Shown here: positions 36,495 through 40,783 of the stretch, piece by piece | Layout of the letters: every line of letters begins with the position of its first letter | Numbering within the stretch: position 1 is the stretch's first letter | Source: Candidatus Thorarchaeota archaeon | GTDB lineage: Archaea; Asgardarchaeota; Thorarchaeia; Thorarchaeales; Thorarchaeaceae | Reading direction: 5' to 3' | Length of the DNA stretch: 40,783 bases | Assembly: GCA_048882385.1 (NCBI GenBank) | Contig: JBHLRQ010000019.1 | Span: 1-40,783 of the forward strand | Notes under the pieces: model-generated | The model's database searches: none | Told to the model about the DNA's origin: nothing | What the model saw: the letters and a program-made list of their open reading frames with translations, nothing else | Made by a program: the position numbers and the translations under genes

Positions 36495-39400
36495 TTCGAT
36501 CTGCCTCCTCGACGTTGAATAATCGCATAAACACAAACACCAGCAATCAAGATACCTGCACCCAATGTTACAATTGTGTAGTCTTGAACAACTGTCAGTG
36601 TAGCAAATTTCATTTCTGTACCAGGAACCTCCTGCCCTATAGCGATTGCGTAAACCTCGTGAGTACCAAGTTGGAAATACGATGGCGGAAAATCAAAGCT
36701 ATAAACACCTGTTCCGCTATTCAATGTAAGATTGAGCCAAGAGCCTGTTTCTGAATGAAATGCTAAGTATACAACATATGCCAAAGCAAATCCCTCGAGC
36801 ACAACCTCGCCAGCAACTCTATCAGCAATAAAGAGTCCAATTCGCACTACATCCTGGTTAAGACTGGCACTTGTGAACACTAAATGTGGTCCAATTTGCG
36901 TTGAAAGCATTATGGGAGGGAGAGAAAGTGTAAATCCTTCAGCTGTGATATTGATTAGCAGACTGTTTATGAATTCAGCACCAGTCAAGCTCTCAGGAAC
37001 TGATATTGTAAAAGTACTTTCTCCGACTCTGGAAGATGAGTTCAGAACCGTGAACGGACCATCAACTATATCCCAGTCGATTGAGAGAGATGCAGGAAGT
37101 GTGTCTCGATCTTTTGCTTTCAGATGAGCCAATATCGAACCATCAACGAATTCCAAACTCACATCTTCCATTAACGGCATCAGGGTATCAACCAAGGTGC
37201 CCGGACCAGCTTGATCAGCATTTGCGAGTGTTGTATTATGAGTTGAAATTGATATCTCTCCACGAGTTCCTAAGGCAACACCATCAATTCTCAAAATCAC
37301 TGCTGACTCATTATACCACCAATTAGATGTCAAAGAGGACAATATGTATGAACTGCCCTCCCACTCAAAAACTTCTGAAATGCCTCCAGTGATGTTGACT
37401 ACATAGTCAGCACCATTTAGACCAGTACCTAGATTTGAATCAGTGTCCCAACCAACATAAAGTACATTGGCACCCTGAAAGTTTGGTGTTCCGCGCGTGA
37501 CAATTGCCAATCCAAGAGTATCATTATCAAGAAAAGCCTTCACTGAGCGGATATCAAGACCACTCTCAAGAGCAATATCCGCAGGGTCACCAGTCAGTTC
37601 ATCGACACCAATCCAATTGGATAGCGGAGAGTTATCGGATGCAGGAGATTCTAAAACTTGAGTAACAGACCACAAAGCGTCAACGAGTCCATGCCCCCAA
37701 CTCGGAGATGCTAATTCATAATGACTCGATTGCCCCCCAGCTCCATTTACCAGTGCAGAGTAATCCAACCATGCTGATCTCTCACCCGATGCCTGACGAA
37801 TTAAAGCTAGCACACCAGCTACATGAGGTGCAGCCATGCTTGTACCATCTCTCCTAACCCATAAAGAACTTGAGAATTCATTCAATGCAGCTTGTATGTT
37901 AGATCCTGGAGCAGCAACAGTTGGTTTCAAAGAATCATCAACTCTTGGACCTCTACTAGATGAAGCCAGGATATTTGATGACGCTTCACTGTAAGCTGAT
38001 ACTACGATAGCCAGATCTGCTGTTCCTGGAGAGCTTAACGTACGTTCAGGATCAATGTGTGTTGAAAAAACCATGTTATTGCCATCCCAACTTCCATCCC
38101 AAGCAAACGCATCAACCCAAACAGTAGCTCCTGCTTGATTTTTGATTGTAACAGTCCATGAACCTGAATCCCATTTATGCTCTTGTTGTGATATTTGAAT
38201 AATTATATTGTTTAGTCCTCGTGCATTGATATCTGTAAATACGTAAGCTGAGATTTCATCTTCATCAAGAACCCAAGCTTGGCGTGCAACTTCTACAAAT
38301 TCTCCAAGATCTATATCTAAGCCAGTAGGAGTTGTAAGAATGATCTGCTCATCCCTATCGGAGGAATGCCAGAGAACACTCAAGAACGAATTATCTGGAG
38401 GATTGCTAACTTCAAGATTAACTGTCCCATTTCCTCCAGATGCAGCACTGAACATTGCATGTTTCTCCTTATCCCCAAGATTTCCAGCAGCTGTTACTGA
38501 TAGGACACCATATCTAACGAACGCCTCGGTCACAGCAAGATCCTCCAGATCGGTTCCATCTAGAAATCCAAGATATGAGGAGAAGGACATATTGATTATG
38601 TCAGCTCCATTTTCAACTGCAAAATCAATCCCATCGAGGATGTCTGCAGATTGGAGGTCACTCTTGATGACAATCAAATCAGCTCCTGGCGCAGCAGCTA
38701 CATAGGATGTTAAACCAACTTGACCCCCTGCAATGGTTGAAGCAACATGTGTGCCATGACCGTGTGGATCAACTACAGAAACTCCTAGAGTGAGGTTTAC
38801 ATCACGAACATACACATTTGATGTTGATTGGTCATAAAGAATAGCAATCTTACTTTCATCCAGCATTACTGCATCTTCAACACCGAGTGTGATGATGTTA
38901 TCATCATTAGCATCAATCCCACCAATCCATCGGTCTCCAGAAGGATAACCGAAGCCAGGAATTCCATCCACATCAATATACATGTAATCCGAGGCGTATG
39001 AAAAAGTAGAGCCACTAAATCCATTCACCGACCTTATAGGACCTTCGTTTGGATCTGCAACCGAGTCATCATCCAAGTCGATGTAGTAATTACCAGTGTC
39101 CTGTATTGTATGGTATTGACCAGGAGACTGTCTCCAGAAACTCGGATGCAACCAGCTGGTACCTGTGTCAATAACAGCGACTGTGACTCCTGAACCATCA
39201 ACTGGTAAGCCGTCCCTCTTGATATTAGTCCATACATCATCTGCGTTGATGGTTGGAATTGAGGAAGTAATTGAAGGAATGAACTGTTTTGTGCCAGAAG
39301 TCGCACGAACCAAACCCAGAGTATACAAGTTACTCAATGAATCTATATCACTGACCTCTGCAGAGTAGATCTTTCCAACATTAACAATTGAACTGCCCCT

Positions 39401-39643
39401 ACGAACAAACTCAATTCCGAGAGATTCTGCTGCACGAATCTGGTCGAAGGAGAGTTCATTTTCAAACTCAAGAAGTGCTACCGCTCCTTTCGGACCAGAG
39501 GTTTGGATTTCCATACGCAATCGGGACTCAATTAGGGGTGTTGATCCTTCGATTGGACTCAAAACTATCCGTGTTGCTGTTGATGTTGGTGCAAAGAAAG
39601 CTGGCGCGAGTAAAATAACCAGTATCAGATATCTCTTGTTCAT
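36485..39643 (-). CDS. Membrane-anchored S8 serine protease
   Basis: Signal peptide; D159 (IDTG), H296 (HGTHVA), AAGN, DGTSMAAPHVAG; C-terminal TM and RR. Confidence 0.92.
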   Translation of the reverse strand: MNKRYLILVILLAPAFFAPTSTATRIVLSPIEGSTPLIESRLRMEIQTSGPKGAVALLEFENELSFDQIRAAESLGIEFVRRGSSIVNVGKIYSAEVSDIDSLSNLYTLGLVRATSGTKQFIPSITSSIPTINADDVWTNIKRDGLPVDGSGVTVAVIDTGTSWLHPSFWRQSPGQYHTIQDTGNYYIDLDDDSVADPNEGPIRSVNGFSGSTFSYASDYMYIDVDGIPGFGYPSGDRWIGGIDANDDNIITLGVEDAVMLDESKIAILYDQSTSNVYVRDVNLTLGVSVVDPHGHGTHVASTIAGGQVGLTSYVAAAPGADLIVIKSDLQSADILDGIDFAVENGADIINMSFSSYLGFLDGTDLEDLAVTEAFVRYGVLSVTAAGNLGDKEKHAMFSAASGGNGTVNLEVSNPPDNSFLSVLWHSSDRDEQIILTTPTGLDIDLGEFVEVARQAWVLDEDEISAYVFTDINARGLNNIIIQISQQEHKWDSGSWTVTIKNQAGATVWVDAFAWDGSWDGNNMVFSTHIDPERTLSSPGTADLAIVVSAYSEASSNILASSSRGPRVDDSLKPTVAAPGSNIQAALNEFSSSLWVRRDGTSMAAPHVAGVLALIRQASGERSAWLDYSALVNGAGGQSSHYELASPSWGHGLVDALWSVTQVLESPASDNSPLSNWIGVDELTGDPADIALESGLDIRSVKAFLDNDTLGLAIVTRGTPNFQGANVLYVGWDTDSNLGTGLNGADYVVNITGGISEVFEWEGSSYILSSLTSNWWYNESAVILRIDGVALGTRGEISISTHNTTLANADQAGPGTLVDTLMPLMEDVSLEFVDGSILAHLKAKDRDTLPASLSIDWDIVDGPFTVLNSSSRVGESTFTISVPESLTGAEFINSLLINITAEGFTLSLPPIMLSTQIGPHLVFTSASLNQDVVRIGLFIADRVAGEVVLEGFALAYVVYLAFHSETGSWLNLTLNSGTGVYSFDFPPSYFQLGTHEVYAIAIGQEVPGTEMKFATLTVVQDYTIVTLGAGILIAGVCVYAIIQRRGGRSKLE

Positions 39644-39980
39644 GAGAGTCCCTCTAGAGTAGTGGCTATGTCATTTTTAATGTTCAACTGATATGCATTT
39701 CTGTTGAGTAGTTGTGTAGACATGAAAGTTATGACAATCGTGAGGAAAAACAACTGCAGACAATACTGCAACTATGAATGAATTTTGTCAGCGTGGATAT
39801 ATTGAACCGGAAGAGTAAGAATATCCAGTAGAAATCAGCAATCGAGTTATTGTTACTTTAGAATATGAGGGTGTAGATATTATTGTCAAGAAAGTTTACA
39901 CTGGAACTACACTCTCACTGGACTTGTGAGAGGGCTTATAACCAATCAATAAAAACAGTAGCAGACACGGAGCATCATTT

Positions 39981-40783
39981 ATGACATCCCCAGATGAGAT
40001 TCACAAAATCCTACGGATAGGCGAGAATCGGAATACCGAGTTCAAAAGAAAACTCACACGAGCAGATTTGAAAACTGATAGAAGGCAAAAGTTGGTAACA
40101 CGTATCCGTTACATGACATGTGAAAACCCTTTCGAGGGAATCTTTCTGATTGGTATCGAAGATATCGGAGGCAGAGAATGGAAGATTCTTGGAATATCTG
40201 AGAATTCATTAAAAACATCAGAACGAGTTCTTGCTGAACTTTGTAAGGAAGCGGCTGTTGAGATTGTAGAGGAGGAGCAGGTTGAAACACCGCAGGGAAT
40301 GGTAGGCATCTATCTCCTGAAACGACTTGCTGATGATGAGGTAAAGGAAACCTGTTCAATCAATGTAGCTGGCAGAGTGAACTCAGGAAAGTCAAGTCTC
40401 ATTGGTGCGCTCGTGACAGGAAAACCAGACAATGGTAGTGGTAGTGCTAGATCATTTCTTTTGACTCATCCTCAGGAGATAACTCGAGGGCAAACAGCTG
40501 ATATTCATCTCGCATTCATGGGTTTTGATGCCAATGGCAATACAGTCTATCCAGATAATCCACTTAGTAAGGAGGAATCAGCACGAGTTCTTGACCAGTC
40601 TGTCAAAGTCATTACTTTCTTCGATGCTCCAGGTCACAAAGAATATAGTAAGACAATGATTAGGTCCATTCTTGGTGCAGATTCTCAGTATGGACTAATT
40701 CTAATCCCTGGACCTGAAGAAGCATATCTGATTCGTCAAGAAGAGAAAAATTTTGGAATCCCTAGACTTGATGAGATTACACG
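39981..40783 (+). CDS. GTPBP1/GP-1-family translational GTPase (truncated by window edge)
   Basis: Own translation: MTSPDEIHKILRIGENRNTEFKRKL..LIGIED (AlbA_2-like N-domain), AGRVNSGKSSLIGALVTGKPDNGSGSAR, HPQEITRGQT, DAPGHKEY. GGAG RBS. Missing from the ORF track because there is no stop in the window. Confidence 0.88.
   Translation, partial: MTSPDEIHKILRIGENRNTEFKRKLTRADLKTDRRQKLVTRIRYMTCENPFEGIFLIGIEDIGGREWKILGISENSLKTSERVLAELCKEAAVEIVEEEQVETPQGMVGIYLLKRLADDEVKETCSINVAGRVNSGKSSLIGALVTGKPDNGSGSARSFLLTHPQEITRGQTADIHLAFMGFDANGNTVYPDNPLSKEESARVLDQSVKVITFFDAPGHKEYSKTMIRSILGADSQYGLILIPGPEEAYLIRQEEKNFGIPRLDEIT

Noticed and set aside
39722-39930. Protein-like fragments between the S8 gene and the GTPase (MNEFCQRGYIEPEE*EYPVEISNRVIVTLEYEG...)
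   Set aside because: Interrupted by stops with no recognisable family; may be a gene remnant but cannot be supported.

Overview
Gene-dense archaeal chromosomal window. An Asgard, Thorarchaeia-like origin is inferred from gene content (Top6B, CofE, CitG, GTPBP1, GrpE-DnaK-DnaJ, large membrane-anchored subtilases) and from GGAGG/GGTGA ribosome-binding sites and TTATAT boxes. Most of it is metabolic and housekeeping genes; I saw no tRNA, rRNA, CRISPR or IS element. Three things stand out. (1) The apparent 1-kb intergenic gap at 3710-4742 holds an unannotated minus-strand array of tiny ORFs. Four of them are paralogous 24-39 aa basic peptides sharing the motif A-[LI]-x-x-A...R-stop (T-x-A-[LI]-x-x-A-Y in three), and they sit upstream of an MFS transporter with a palindromic operator and a GC-rich hairpin. 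(2) One of three clustered S8 proteases has the domain architecture of eukaryotic Site-1 protease (MBTPS1). (3) A 1645-aa subtilase has a long leader that folds into a three-way junction. All family calls come from motifs read by eye; no database search was run.
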